55,722 bases of DNA, from the IMG/VR virus record IMGVR_UViG_3300025065_000003, positions 1-55,722 of that record. One strand, given 5' to 3'. The notes under the pieces were generated by a model. That model had not been told where the DNA came from, ran no database searches, and was given only the letters and a program-made list of their open reading frames with translations. This DNA is from a virus. Lineage: Duplodnaviria; Caudoviricetes. This document shows, one piece after another, positions 15,862 through 25,699 of this stretch; the first letter of the stretch is position 1; every line of letters starts with the position of its first letter. Position numbers and translations under genes: made by a program.

Positions 15862-18800
15862 CTAGCGTTTTGTTACGAGCAGTACCAAGTTCCCTGCTTT
15901 TATTTGAACATTCGACGGGTCGTGTAACGTCGAGCTACCCGATGACCCCGAGGTTTTGCCCAGACGATACTGAAAATCAATGTGAGTCCCTGCGACTGGA
16001 AACCACGTAGTATCAATTTCCAGTAGCTTAGTCTCCCAATCCCCGACACCTTTGATAATCTGAGTACGATCCGAGCGCAACACGGAACCAGTTGCACGAT
16101 TCACTACACGTACTTCAATCGCAAAGCTGTCGGTGTTTGATGAACTCATCGCAGCAAATACGTCATAAGAGCTAAACACCACGCCATTAACATTACCCGT
16201 CCCAGGAGCTACTCGTCCCGTAGCGATACTGAAAAGCGTTGACCAGCTCACGTCGGACATGAAGGGGAGAGATATGCCGTGATCTGAGCTACCGAACTGA
16301 CGCTGTTGGAAATATGCCGATAGAGGTACTGTAACTGCCTCCCCCTTGATCTGCAGGGTGTCAACGTATGCGTCACCAGTAAAAATCTTATTTCCGTCGA
16401 TACGGGTGGAGTCGGGCCGCGTCCAGTCATCGGTGCGATTTTTTGCAGCTGCGCCGCTATTAGCGCGCGTAAGCACTAGGCCAGCTGTCGAGCCAGTTAG
16501 ATCCTCATAGACAATCGCGTCCTTGCCCGCTAACGCCCCTGCGCCCTGTACGTTTCCGATATTAACAACGCCATTAAACTGGCCTTGGTTAAACTCAACG
16601 TTTCCGTTTTGCCTGATACGCCAACCACTTTGGCCAGGAATGTAGTTACCTGACTGCACATCAGCATAGAAGCGCGCGGCTTCTGCCACGCTCAGGTTGG
16701 CAACGTCAATGGAATCAGCGCGGATCAGGCCGCCAACCGTGGTGACCGGCTCTTTAATGCCCGTGATGGGGTTCTCGAAAAAGAACTTACCGATGGATAT
16801 GGGGCCTAGCTGGCCTTCCTGAATAGAGGCGTCGCGGATCATGGCGTTGTCGATATAGACAGTGCCATCGTCAATAATGAACGGCTTTACTCTGTAGCCT
16901 GTTGCGTTGGTATCGGTGCGCCCCACCCAGAAGCGGTCTACATCAAAACCGGCATCTACAATTTCACCGTCGTTGAACAAACCAAAGCCACCAATCAGCC
17001 CATTTTCCTCAACCTTGGCAGTGAACAATGTTCCAATAGTATCTTCGACGGTGCCGATTTTAATCTCTACTTGCCCGGTCTGTGTTTCCACGCCTATCAG
17101 CCGCTGTAGCAGTGGCGGCTTATCGCCGGTTATATTGACGTTGGCTAAGTCGTAAACAAATTCTTCTGCCGTTCCCAGCGCTTCCAGCCGTTGACCCAGC
17201 GCTGTGTTGCCATCAATCGTCAGCTCAACAATGTTTTGGTAGCTGGTCGACAGATCACCGAGGCTCGCATCAATCGTATTGAATTGTTGAGCAATCGTAC
17301 TGCCGTCGCTCAGCTCAATGTTGGTGATGTTCTTAATATCCGCTTCGGCATCGCCCAGGCTGCCAGACAGCCGGTTAAGCTCTGTCAAAAGCGCGTCATC
17401 TTCGGTCAGATTAAGCGTCTTGATATTGATGATTTCGCCGGACGCATCGCCAATGCTGCCTTCCAGTGTTGTTAGCTTGGATAGCAGCACTGAGTCTGGG
17501 CTGATATCCAGGTTCTCAAGGTTGGTAATACGACCGTTGGCGTCCCCAACCTCTCCAGTCAGCTCAATAAGTCGGGAGCTGACAACCCTATCCTTTTCCA
17601 CCACCACATCGGTGATAGAGCGATACGCTGCCGATGACACATCGGTAGACGCCGCAATCACATCGTTGATAAACCCGTTAATCCGGTCATTCTCAACAAT
17701 CAAATCCGCTGCTTGGGTAATATCGCCCTCAGCACTGCCCACGCGACCCTCAAGCTGTGTAAGTGTGGTGGCCAGCACCGAATCAGGCTCAATGTTCAGT
17801 GTCTTAATATCCGTGATGCCGCCAGCCGCATCATCAACGTCGCCGCGTAACTCTGTTAGTGTGGTGGCCAGCACTGAATCCGAGGTGATGTTCAAATCCT
17901 GAAGGTCGACAATGCCGCCCTCAACATCGCCGATCTTGCCTTCAATCTCGCTGAGGCGCGACGCCAGTACGGAATCCTCGGCAATATCCAAGTTTTCGAT
18001 GTTGGTGATCTTGCCTTCGGCGTCTGTAACACTCGCCTCAATGCTACTGAACCGTGTTGCCAGCACTGATTCCGGATCAATATTGAGCTGCATAATATCC
18101 GTGACAGCGCCTTCGGCATCTTCGACGCGGCCTTCAATCGCCTCAACGTTGCGGGCCATTACCGCGTCTTTCTCGACCACCACTTCTTTGATCGACGTGA
18201 TCGTTGCAGCCGATGTGTCCACGTTGGCCTGCATTACCGTTTGAAGTAGGCCACGGAAATAGTCTTCCTCGGCGCGAGTTTCTGCCTCCTGCGTAATGCG
18301 GCCCTCGGTGTCGCCAACACCCGCCCACAAGTCAGTCACATCCTGAGCAAGCGCTTCCGTTTCATTGGCGCGCACCGTGCTCTCAAGCTGAATATCGGCT
18401 GCCAAGTCGCCCGTAGTTGCCGTCAGCGTCTGCACGTCCTTAGCAAGCGCCTGTGTATCCGTGGAAAGCGTCGTCTGCGTGTTCTGGATGTCGCTGATCT
18501 GCGTGTCGTACACCGATTGCAGATTGGTAATGTCTTCAGTCAGAGACTGTTCTGCATCGACAACCGCTTGCTGAATGTTCTCAATCTGCGCCGTAATCTC
18601 TGGAATCTCGGTGTTAGCCACCTCAACCAATAGACGATCCACTTTGACCGTGCCGCCGCCACCCGACGTATCGCCCCAAAGGACGATGTAATGATCCAGC
18701 CCCGGCGTATCTGGAACGTCAACAAGCGCTTCTTGGATAGCCCAAAGCGGTGGCGGAGTTTGCGTCTGCCAGCCAGAAAACCAGCCATCGGACGTTGCAT

Positions 18801-20373
18801 AACCCACAGCATATTCCGCGCTGCCGCCACTCACCGCCTTGGCACCAAGACCGATACGCAGACGACGACCGACAAAGGCGTCACCCGTGCCGGTGGCCAA
18901 TGCAATGGAAACGCCAAATGGCACCGTGCCGGTCGCCACGCTAGCTTCAGTCGAACCCAATAACGCCGACTGGTCACCCGAAAATGCGTCGCTCGAATCT
19001 TCAACCAGCGTATGCCCACTCGGCACCGTCCAGCGACCAAACTCAACACCAGCCTCGAAACCGTTCGCAAACGTCGGCAGCGCATCCAGCTTTGCGGACA
19101 ACACACTGAGCTGCGACGCCAACGCGCCGGTTTCACTCGCCCGCACCGTCTGCTCTTCGATCAAGCTGGCTTTGTTGTCCTCGACGTCAACTTCCAACCC
19201 GTTAATGCGCGTGGCCGTTGCCTCTTTGTCCGTAATACGGACTTCTTCAAGGCTATAGATAGTCGCTACGTTGGTGTCATACGCCGCCGCAATAGCTTCA
19301 AGCTGTGACGTAACTAGACCATATTCGTTTTGGATTTGCGTCTGAATATCAAGAAACTGCTCACCGCGTGCCTGCGCCTCAGCCTGAATCGCATCGGCAC
19401 GAGCATCGGCTTCAAACTGAATAGCCGTGATACGCTCATCACGCTCAGCATCCAGCGCGTTAATGCGCTGTGCTCTCTCATCCGCAATCCGACTAGCGAC
19501 CGTTCCGTCTACGTTTTCTGGGCCAAGCAAGTTGTCTTCAACGGTATCAAGCCGCTGAATTTCAGCATCAAGACGCGCTTTCTCGTCGTCAATGCGAGTA
19601 TTTATGTTGTCTGATTTAGTGATCAGATCATCACGCACCCCATCCAGGCGGATAACCTCATCGTCGACACGCCCTTCCACCACGTCCAGCTTTTCTTGGA
19701 GGTCATCACGGATAGGAATAATGGAGTCAATTTCCTGACGCAGCTCCGTCGCCAGCACGTCCTTATCAATGCGCTCAGTGATTAACTCCATCACATAACC
19801 AATGTCTGCGATGGGCGCTGCGTAGGTGCCAGCCGTATCGTTGGGCGGGCCTTCTACGTCATAAACAGAAGTGAAGGTGATCCAGTAGTAGTAGCCCTTG
19901 AGTTGTGTCGGGTCGTCAGGATCAATCGCGTCATCACGCACATAGTCGGTGTAGAAAGCACCGGCCTCGCGGGCGACAATCTCCGCATTGGCAAAGTTGT
20001 CGACCTCGCTGCGATAGATATTGGTGGCCGCGTGAATCCGGTACTGCTGGCCGGGTATCTGCCAGCTGAGGTTGATCATGCCGTAAAAGCTGCCCTGGGC
20101 AGTGAATCCTGCAGGCGCTGGCGGTGTAGAAAGGTCGGGGGCTGGTGGCAATGCCGGATTGATCAGCGCGCCGTCACCAGGCCGCATGCCATCACGCAGC
20201 CTGCCGATACCGCTATCTAGAATATCCCGCCAGGTAATCTTTCGGTCGAGCGGGTCACCGCGCACACCTTCTCCGACTTCCATGATCTCCGTCATTGCGG
20301 CAATAAGGGGCTTTAGCTCCGGCGGCGTCTTAGGGGATACCGGCGGGAGCGTTCTACGGCGGCGCAGCGTCAT
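15862..20373 (-). CDS. Long tail fibre / host-specificity protein (FN3-like N-terminus, coiled coil, CBM-like insert, DUF1983-like region)
   Basis: GGFGL..DRFWVG..PFIIDDGTVYIDNAMIRDASI and NYIPGQSGWRI are typical tail-tip motifs; very acidic. Confidence 0.85.
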   Translation of the reverse strand: MTLRRRRTLPPVSPKTPPELKPLIAAMTEIMEVGEGVRGDPLDRKITWRDILDSGIGRLRDGMRPGDGALINPALPPAPDLSTPPAPAGFTAQGSFYGMINLSWQIPGQQYRIHAATNIYRSEVDNFANAEIVAREAGAFYTDYVRDDAIDPDDPTQLKGYYYWITFTSVYDVEGPPNDTAGTYAAPIADIGYVMELITERIDKDVLATELRQEIDSIIPIRDDLQEKLDVVEGRVDDEVIRLDGVRDDLITKSDNINTRIDDEKARLDAEIQRLDTVEDNLLGPENVDGTVASRIADERAQRINALDAERDERITAIQFEADARADAIQAEAQARGEQFLDIQTQIQNEYGLVTSQLEAIAAAYDTNVATIYSLEEVRITDKEATATRINGLEVDVEDNKASLIEEQTVRASETGALASQLSVLSAKLDALPTFANGFEAGVEFGRWTVPSGHTLVEDSSDAFSGDQSALLGSTEASVATGTVPFGVSIALATGTGDAFVGRRLRIGLGAKAVSGGSAEYAVGYATSDGWFSGWQTQTPPPLWAIQEALVDVPDTPGLDHYIVLWGDTSGGGGTVKVDRLLVEVANTEIPEITAQIENIQQAVVDAEQSLTEDITNLQSVYDTQISDIQNTQTTLSTDTQALAKDVQTLTATTGDLAADIQLESTVRANETEALAQDVTDLWAGVGDTEGRITQEAETRAEEDYFRGLLQTVMQANVDTSAATITSIKEVVVEKDAVMARNVEAIEGRVEDAEGAVTDIMQLNIDPESVLATRFSSIEASVTDAEGKITNIENLDIAEDSVLASRLSEIEGKIGDVEGGIVDLQDLNITSDSVLATTLTELRGDVDDAAGGITDIKTLNIEPDSVLATTLTQLEGRVGSAEGDITQAADLIVENDRINGFINDVIAASTDVSSAAYRSITDVVVEKDRVVSSRLIELTGEVGDANGRITNLENLDISPDSVLLSKLTTLEGSIGDASGEIINIKTLNLTEDDALLTELNRLSGSLGDAEADIKNITNIELSDGSTIAQQFNTIDASLGDLSTSYQNIVELTIDGNTALGQRLEALGTAEEFVYDLANVNITGDKPPLLQRLIGVETQTGQVEIKIGTVEDTIGTLFTAKVEENGLIGGFGLFNDGEIVDAGFDVDRFWVGRTDTNATGYRVKPFIIDDGTVYIDNAMIRDASIQEGQLGPISIGKFFFENPITGIKEPVTTVGGLIRADSIDVANLSVAEAARFYADVQSGNYIPGQSGWRIRQNGNVEFNQGQFNGVVNIGNVQGAGALAGKDAIVYEDLTGSTAGLVLTRANSGAAAKNRTDDWTRPDSTRIDGNKIFTGDAYVDTLQIKGEAVTVPLSAYFQQRQFGSSDHGISLPFMSDVSWSTLFSIATGRVAPGTGNVNGVVFSSYDVFAAMSSSNTDSFAIEVRVVNRATGSVLRSDRTQIIKGVGDWETKLLEIDTTWFPVAGTHIDFQYRLGKTSGSSGSSTLHDPSNVQIKAGNLVLLVTKR
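17190..18130 (-). repeat. Degenerate 96-bp (32-aa) tandem repeats in the tail fibre
   Basis: (D/E)SVL(A/L) codons at 18060, 17964, 17868, 17772 and 17484, an exact 96-nt phase. Confidence 0.85.
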
Positions 20374-20383
20374 AATGTGTTTC

Positions 20384-22000
20384 CTAGATCAACTCGGCGG
20401 GGCTGGTGGCAATTTGCACAGAGTTCAGTTCGTGCGTGCCTTCCAATTCAATTTCCCAATCACGGCTTAGCGTGTAACCGGCAGGCAGGCGGATCATGTC
20501 GGGGCCTTGGATAGCCTGGCTAATGACCTGCTGACCATCGGCAAAAAGGCGTAGCGTTACCGGGTAGCCATAGGCAATGACTTTGGCGCAGGTGAATCCG
20601 GCAGCACCTGGTGGTATTTCGTGTATGCGGGAACGCCAGCGGTACGTCAGCTCGCTGCCTTCGTTCCACATTACGATGTTGTTACCTTGGATGAGGTAAA
20701 GCCGACCGTCAGCGATATCGTAATAACCGGCGTCAGCCTGTGTATCGAGAAACTCGACGCCTTCGCCTGGCGTGAAGATGAAGCAGCCGCCGTTATAAAA
20801 CGCCAGATACTTGCTCTCGAACCGGTATGCATGGATGCTTTTCGGGTTCAGCGCCTGCCACTGCTGCTTGTTCAGGACGTTTTGTGTCACCACGCGGGCA
20901 TCACGCCCGCCCACAGCAACAAGCCCTTCATGACCTGCATACAGCGCATAATCCCCCATATCCACAAACGAGCGCGGCGCAATACAGGGCTGATTCACAT
21001 CAAGCTGCATCGGTGCCATGGCTTCGGGACTACTGCCGCTGACAAGATACGGCTGGCCTGTTGTAGCCACCACTAGGCCGGATGACGTGGCGCCAATCGC
21101 GACAATGTCATCGGCAAACGCTTGCTGGTACATGACCGGCCATGCGTGAGGCAAATATGCCTCAGAGAAGCACAGAGTATTACCGAAAAAGCCAGCCATG
21201 ATGCCGCCGGGCAGCGCCGTCAGGCCCTGCATGCGCGAATCCGGCATATCCCATTCAACCGATGGCAACGCCCTTCCAAGCTGCTGACTGAGGATGCTAT
21301 CGGTGTATTCCGCTGCTGTTGAGCTGACTTCCGCGACATACTGATAAACGCCGCTGGATTCAGCGCGATAAATGCGCTTGGCGATGAAGTCATAGTTGCC
21401 GCCTACCAGGCCGGGAAGCGTCAGAATGATCTCGCCACCGCCACCATCCCAGCGCGTCACGATCTCCGATGGCAGGCTTGGCGCGCTCTCTTCGCCAAAA
21501 CGGGTGACCAGAGTAACCACATAAGAGGTTTCCAATGCGGTTGGTGGCAGCTCTTCGGCAACGGGTCTACCTGCTGGCTCAGAAGCCACGGGCCTACCAG
21601 GTGACGGCACGCCCAGCCGAAAAGAGACGCCAGGGTAAGGAGGCGTACCCGCTGTAATATCACTGATACCGCCCATCTTCGGAAAGCCATCGCCTGTCCA
21701 GTACACGCGGGCAAAATCATCATTGGCCAGCGGGGACTTCACTACATGCACACGTTTTCCCATGCCCCAGGTCAGCCAGAACCCATTACCATTATTCCCG
21801 TTCGGATAGCGGTAAAGCGTGGTCGGGTTCGCAGTGGCAGTAACGGCGGACGTGGCAGCGGTCGAACGGAAGGGCTTAAGCGTGCCGCGTGAGAGGTCTA
21901 CATTTTTTGCAGCTTGGGCGTTGTTTTCTGGCAGTAGCCGCGCGTCTAAGATTGGTAACTCGCCACGAAAGGCGCTGTGTTGGATTTTCAATATGTCCAC
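20384..22000 (-). CDS. Tail hub/nozzle (packaged-DNA stabilisation) protein
   Basis: 538 aa; FRGELP..LLPENNAQAAKN start, LCFSEAYLPHAWP; podovirus tail position. Confidence 0.75.
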   Translation of the reverse strand: MDILKIQHSAFRGELPILDARLLPENNAQAAKNVDLSRGTLKPFRSTAATSAVTATANPTTLYRYPNGNNGNGFWLTWGMGKRVHVVKSPLANDDFARVYWTGDGFPKMGGISDITAGTPPYPGVSFRLGVPSPGRPVASEPAGRPVAEELPPTALETSYVVTLVTRFGEESAPSLPSEIVTRWDGGGGEIILTLPGLVGGNYDFIAKRIYRAESSGVYQYVAEVSSTAAEYTDSILSQQLGRALPSVEWDMPDSRMQGLTALPGGIMAGFFGNTLCFSEAYLPHAWPVMYQQAFADDIVAIGATSSGLVVATTGQPYLVSGSSPEAMAPMQLDVNQPCIAPRSFVDMGDYALYAGHEGLVAVGGRDARVVTQNVLNKQQWQALNPKSIHAYRFESKYLAFYNGGCFIFTPGEGVEFLDTQADAGYYDIADGRLYLIQGNNIVMWNEGSELTYRWRSRIHEIPPGAAGFTCAKVIAYGYPVTLRLFADGQQVISQAIQGPDMIRLPAGYTLSRDWEIELEGTHELNSVQIATSPAELI

Positions 22001-22011
22001 CTTTCAGGCAT

Positions 22012-22032
22012 AAAAAAACCGCTCAAGGCGGT
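22012..22032 (-). terminator. Intrinsic terminator inside the late operon
   Basis: Minus strand ACCGC-cttga-GCGGT followed by a T run. Confidence 0.7.
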
Positions 22033-22058
22033 ATCGGGAGCAATGATTGCTGAACTGT

Positions 22059-22355
22059 CTAACTGAGGTATTTAGCCAGCCACCATGCTACTGCAGCACT
22101 CGCAACAGCCGGTGCCACCATATCCATCACCAAACTTTTAAATGACCACACGCGCGGATCAAAGCCACCCCACCACGGCATACTTGCCCTAGTGCCATTA
22201 CCTAGTGACTCAATCCAGCGGTACTCCGCCTGTGTCCATTCTCGGCTAGCCCATAGTGTTGCCATCACGGCCCAGGCCAGCACAGCATCGCCACCAGAGA
22301 ACAGAACCAGCATCACGACCAAACAACTGATAGGGAGGTGGGTGTATTTCACCAC
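22059..22355 (-). CDS. Small membrane protein in the fibre module
   Basis: 98 aa hydrophobic, Trp-rich (REWTQAEYRWI..MPWWGGFD). Confidence 0.65.
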   Translation of the reverse strand: MVKYTHLPISCLVVMLVLFSGGDAVLAWAVMATLWASREWTQAEYRWIESLGNGTRASMPWWGGFDPRVWSFKSLVMDMVAPAVASAAVAWWLAKYLS

Positions 22356-22735
22356 GTAAGCTCCGACGCATCTGTTAGCGTGCCGTCATCTACCTGCGAC
22401 TGATACTGTGCTTCAAGCGAGATTAACGCACCACGACGATGAGCAATGGCTTGTAACGCCTGCTCTACATCTACGAGCGGATGATTTGCGTGAAACTGGT
22501 CGTCACTATCTTTCCAGCTTTCGAACGACTCGATACTCGCTTCACGGGCAAACTGCACTACTTCTAACAACGCTTGTCTGTTAGAGGGGTCGCCGCTGTA
22601 GCGCACGTCGTTGACAACGACGCCTTCAGCTTCTGCCACTTTGCGCTGCGACTCAATAGCCGTTTTTAGTGATGCTTTCCGCGCAGCATCGCGCATCTCG
22701 ATAGTTGTAACCTCTGCGTCGTTTAGCCAGCTCAT
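22349..22735 (-). CDS. DUF4376-like tail fibre assembly protein
   Basis: IESQRKVAEAEGVVVND..DPSNRQAL..WKDSDD pattern. Confidence 0.65.
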   Translation of the reverse strand: MSWLNDAEVTTIEMRDAARKASLKTAIESQRKVAEAEGVVVNDVRYSGDPSNRQALLEVVQFAREASIESFESWKDSDDQFHANHPLVDVEQALQAIAHRRGALISLEAQYQSQVDDGTLTDASELTW

Positions 22736-23055
22736 TCGATTACCTCTTCGGCTTCAGGAACCACGTCGTATAGCGGTAGCTCTATAGGGCCGTTATGGTT
22801 TTCCAGGACAATTGGCTCCGGAAACAGTGTTTCATCCGGCGCGTTGGAGCCATGGCCTAGGTGAATCGTACATTCGTACTCATCACCATTACGTTTGACT
22901 GTTCCAAGTTCTGGGTGCTGAGCTGTTGCGCCGTCAGGTAGTTCAGATAGGTCATACCCCCTGTGGTTAACTGTCAGTACAGTACCTACGAGAGACGCTC
23001 TCGTGGGTTGGTCGTCACTGCGGACAGGGGATAGATTGAGTGCCAATTTCATCAT
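22732..23055 (-). CDS. Tail fibre chaperone-like protein
   Basis: LNLSPVRSD..LTVN..YDLSELPDGAT; follows the fibre gene. Confidence 0.65.
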   Translation of the reverse strand: MMKLALNLSPVRSDDQPTRASLVGTVLTVNHRGYDLSELPDGATAQHPELGTVKRNGDEYECTIHLGHGSNAPDETLFPEPIVLENHNGPIELPLYDVVPEAEEVIE

Positions 23056-23062
23056 TCGCTCC

Positions 23063-24073
23063 TTAGTTATACCAACGTCCGATTGCAAGAACGCTTAACC
23101 AAACGTCGTGATCTGTTGCGTCATTGTTGTTTCTCGTAACACGAACGATGCCTAAACCTTTCCCATCATTTGAGGGGCGTGAGGATGCCACTCTAACGTC
23201 ACCCTCAGTCGTACTCGCCGTAAAAATTTGAGGATGCAACGCCACTTGTGGGCGCATATCACCGACGACGGAGAAGGTGGCGGGAAAGTCAATCGTAACT
23301 GACCCCGTTCTATACGGGCTAGAAGTTGTGCCAGAACCTACTGCCACAATGGAGCCAAGATTTCTCTGAGTACGGCAAATCAGTGACCCGTCAGCGAACT
23401 TCACATATTCGCCGTTAGCATTACTTCCCCTCTCAATGATTGCTCCTGTAGGAACACCGTCGGATTGCGAGACGGTGCCGAGGATATTGCGGGAATGGTA
23501 AATTTTTTGCCATTCCCTCCAGGTACCAAATCTACAGGGTCGTGCATGTAATTCAAGCGGAGACGCATCAGATATATGAATTTGGGCACCCGCAGACCCG
23601 GCCGTGCGATGCAATAACACTCCTCTCGGAGAACTAGACGGCGGCTGCTCGGTAGCACCTTCAACATAGTATAAGCCTCCCCCAATATTAGCTGCATCTA
23701 ATGAGCTTTCTGGCCACGTCTCTATACCAATAGAACCTATCCCATAAGCCCCCTCCGCCAACAAGTCCCCAGAACCTCCCACAACCCCACGCCCAAGCAG
23801 CGGGCCAAGCTGAGTGATCACATCACCAAGCTGGTCTTTGTCAGGATACTCAGCGATCAGCGAAGCGCTACCACCACTGCGCTGGTAGAGGCGCTGGTAG
23901 ACACCGCCACCCGGCACGACAAAATATTCCCCGTCCTGCACCGCCGCAACACCGGCTGACGTGCTTGAGTACATTCGGTTCATACCCATTGCCGCGTCGC
24001 GGACGCGGTTCACGGCCTTGACCAGCTCGGCATTCGTTTCCTGTAGGTTCACTACAGCCTGTTCGTATGACAT
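23063..24073 (-). CDS. Short tail fibre protein
   Basis: WQKIYHSRNILGTVSQSDGVPTGAIIERGSNANGEYVKFADGSLIC...AIGRW is a fibre/pyocin-type C-terminus. Confidence 0.8.
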   Translation of the reverse strand: MSYEQAVVNLQETNAELVKAVNRVRDAAMGMNRMYSSTSAGVAAVQDGEYFVVPGGGVYQRLYQRSGGSASLIAEYPDKDQLGDVITQLGPLLGRGVVGGSGDLLAEGAYGIGSIGIETWPESSLDAANIGGGLYYVEGATEQPPSSSPRGVLLHRTAGSAGAQIHISDASPLELHARPCRFGTWREWQKIYHSRNILGTVSQSDGVPTGAIIERGSNANGEYVKFADGSLICRTQRNLGSIVAVGSGTTSSPYRTGSVTIDFPATFSVVGDMRPQVALHPQIFTASTTEGDVRVASSRPSNDGKGLGIVRVTRNNNDATDHDVWLSVLAIGRWYN

Positions 24074-24083
24074 ATCTCAACCT

Positions 24084-24617
24084 CTATACAAAGCGGCGCT
24101 GTTTGACGCGGGCGTTGCGGTGCTGGCCGTAAATGGAAAAGCGGTAAGCATCGTTCATCCCCGCCTTGAAGTGCTTTTCGTGGTACATGGCCTGCTCGAC
24201 GTTTCGCCACGGCTGGGGAAGCATCAGCAAGCGGAACACGGCGCCATGACGCAGGACTTCAAAGTGCTGTTCTTTAAGGGCTTCGGGGAAAGGGTCAGTG
24301 TCGGTAGGCTTTACCGCCACGCGAGCGGTTACAACGTCAGTAGCGGATGCGCTGAACACGTCCACAACTGACGGCGAAACTTGCTCATAATCAATGCCAG
24401 GCATCATAACGCGGCCATTGCGCAGCACTTCCAGTACACGGATGGGTTCACCAGCGGGCACAGCAATCGTGCCCGTGTCGGTGATTTCCGCATCGTCTAC
24501 GATCCAGGCATTGCCGTCGTCGCAAAGACGCACCTCAGCCCATGCAAGCATGTCCCGAACGGTCATCAGCGGTGCCTCGGGCACGTCTTGTACCACCGCC
24601 TGAACGAGACGATCCAT
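24084..24617 (-). CDS. Head-tail adaptor / tail tubular protein
   Basis: 177 aa; position and LRHGAVFRLLMLPQPW motif. Confidence 0.6.
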   Translation of the reverse strand: MDRLVQAVVQDVPEAPLMTVRDMLAWAEVRLCDDGNAWIVDDAEITDTGTIAVPAGEPIRVLEVLRNGRVMMPGIDYEQVSPSVVDVFSASATDVVTARVAVKPTDTDPFPEALKEQHFEVLRHGAVFRLLMLPQPWRNVEQAMYHEKHFKAGMNDAYRFSIYGQHRNARVKQRRFV

Positions 24618-25318
24618 TACTGGCGAGTGCGTTGCGGATTGGAAGAATTGTCAGGTGCGTTGGGTGAGTTGTAGCGGTCAACCTCGACCTTCTGCCCCAA
24701 GGCACCCATGTAACTCTGCATGTGCATCTGCGCTCGGTTCAGGTTCGCAGCGTGCTCCGCGTCCTTGCTGTAGGCGCGATACAGAATGTAGTCAGTGATT
24801 ACCGGCGCATAGCTGTCATTCAACCGGATGCTTTCATTTTGCAGTCCGGTCAGTCCCAAACTGACATCATGCGGCGTTGGTGTGGATGAGTAGATCACCT
24901 CAACCTCGGCCAGCGCATCAGCAGGCGGATACACATAGAACCGCGTCGGGTCTTGGTCATCGAACACATACTGCTCGATATTCACGCTGGTTTCGTCAGC
25001 GTGCCAGCCCCGGCGAGTGGTATCCAGCGCACGGCGAGTCGTCACCAGGATGCCCAACTTGTCACTCGTTGCGGCTGTGTTGCGCACAACGTCGATCAGG
25101 CGCAAACCATCCTGCGGGATTTCTTGCCGCGTCCCCTCCACAAGCTGCATGGTGGCGTTGATGGAGCTGGCATCCGGCTTGATCTGAACAATGGCCTGAT
25201 ACGACTCGTTCAGCCAGCCAATCAGCTCTTCGTTTGTCCAGCGCGTACCGGCTGCAGTAACTTCCTGCAAAACCAGTTTAGCGTTGTTGATTACCGTACC
25301 GACGGTCGTAACGGCCAT
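24617..25318 (-). CDS. Head-tail adaptor protein (DUF6682-like)
   Basis: RWTNEELIGWLNE..FYVYPP..DYILYRAYSKD. Confidence 0.7.
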   Translation of the reverse strand: MAVTTVGTVINNAKLVLQEVTAAGTRWTNEELIGWLNESYQAIVQIKPDASSINATMQLVEGTRQEIPQDGLRLIDVVRNTAATSDKLGILVTTRRALDTTRRGWHADETSVNIEQYVFDDQDPTRFYVYPPADALAEVEVIYSSTPTPHDVSLGLTGLQNESIRLNDSYAPVITDYILYRAYSKDAEHAANLNRAQMHMQSYMGALGQKVEVDRYNSPNAPDNSSNPQRTRQ

Positions 25319-25321
25319 GGC

Positions 25322-25642
25322 TTATACCTCCTGCATGTAACGGTTTTTAGCCAAGGCAGCCGTCCACGGGAAGATTCGCCCGTTCTTTAAGTGCTTGAGC
25401 ATTCGGCCCTTGTACTTCGGTTTTTCAGGCTCGACAGCTTCGCTCGGCGCTTCACCAGTGCCTAGCTCGCCCTCTTCCGTTACGCCTTGCTCTGCCAGAG
25501 TTTCAGCAGATTCGAGAAGCTCGGCGCGAATCGTCTCAACGCCTTGGCGCTTATTGATCTCAACGCCTAGCTTCTCGGCAATTGGTTCCAGGTCGTCTTT
25601 GGTAACCGCTTCTTCGATCTGATCAATTAGTGTCTTGGTCAT
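25322..25642 (-). CDS. Small acidic protein downstream of the capsid gene
   Basis: TKDDLEPIAEKLGVEINKR resembles a Rho-N/HeH-type helical motif. Confidence 0.7.
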   Translation of the reverse strand: MTKTLIDQIEEAVTKDDLEPIAEKLGVEINKRQGVETIRAELLESAETLAEQGVTEEGELGTGEAPSEAVEPEKPKYKGRMLKHLKNGRIFPWTAALAKNRYMQEV

Positions 25643-25663
25643 GCGTGTTTCCTCACGGAAAGT

Positions 25664-25688
25664 AAAACGCCACCCCGAAAGGTGGCGT
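25664..25688 (-). terminator. Terminator after the major capsid gene
   Basis: Minus strand ACGCCACCT-TTCG-GGGTGGCGT followed by TTT. Confidence 0.8.
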
Positions 25689-25699
25689 AGATAGCGAGC

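Noticed and set aside
17318-18244. Long + strand ORFs opposite the tail fibre
   Set aside because: S/P/I-rich antisense shadows of the repeat region
15862-24073. Diversity-generating retroelement or invertible fibre switch
   Set aside because: No reverse transcriptase, invertase, or template/variable repeat pair was seen
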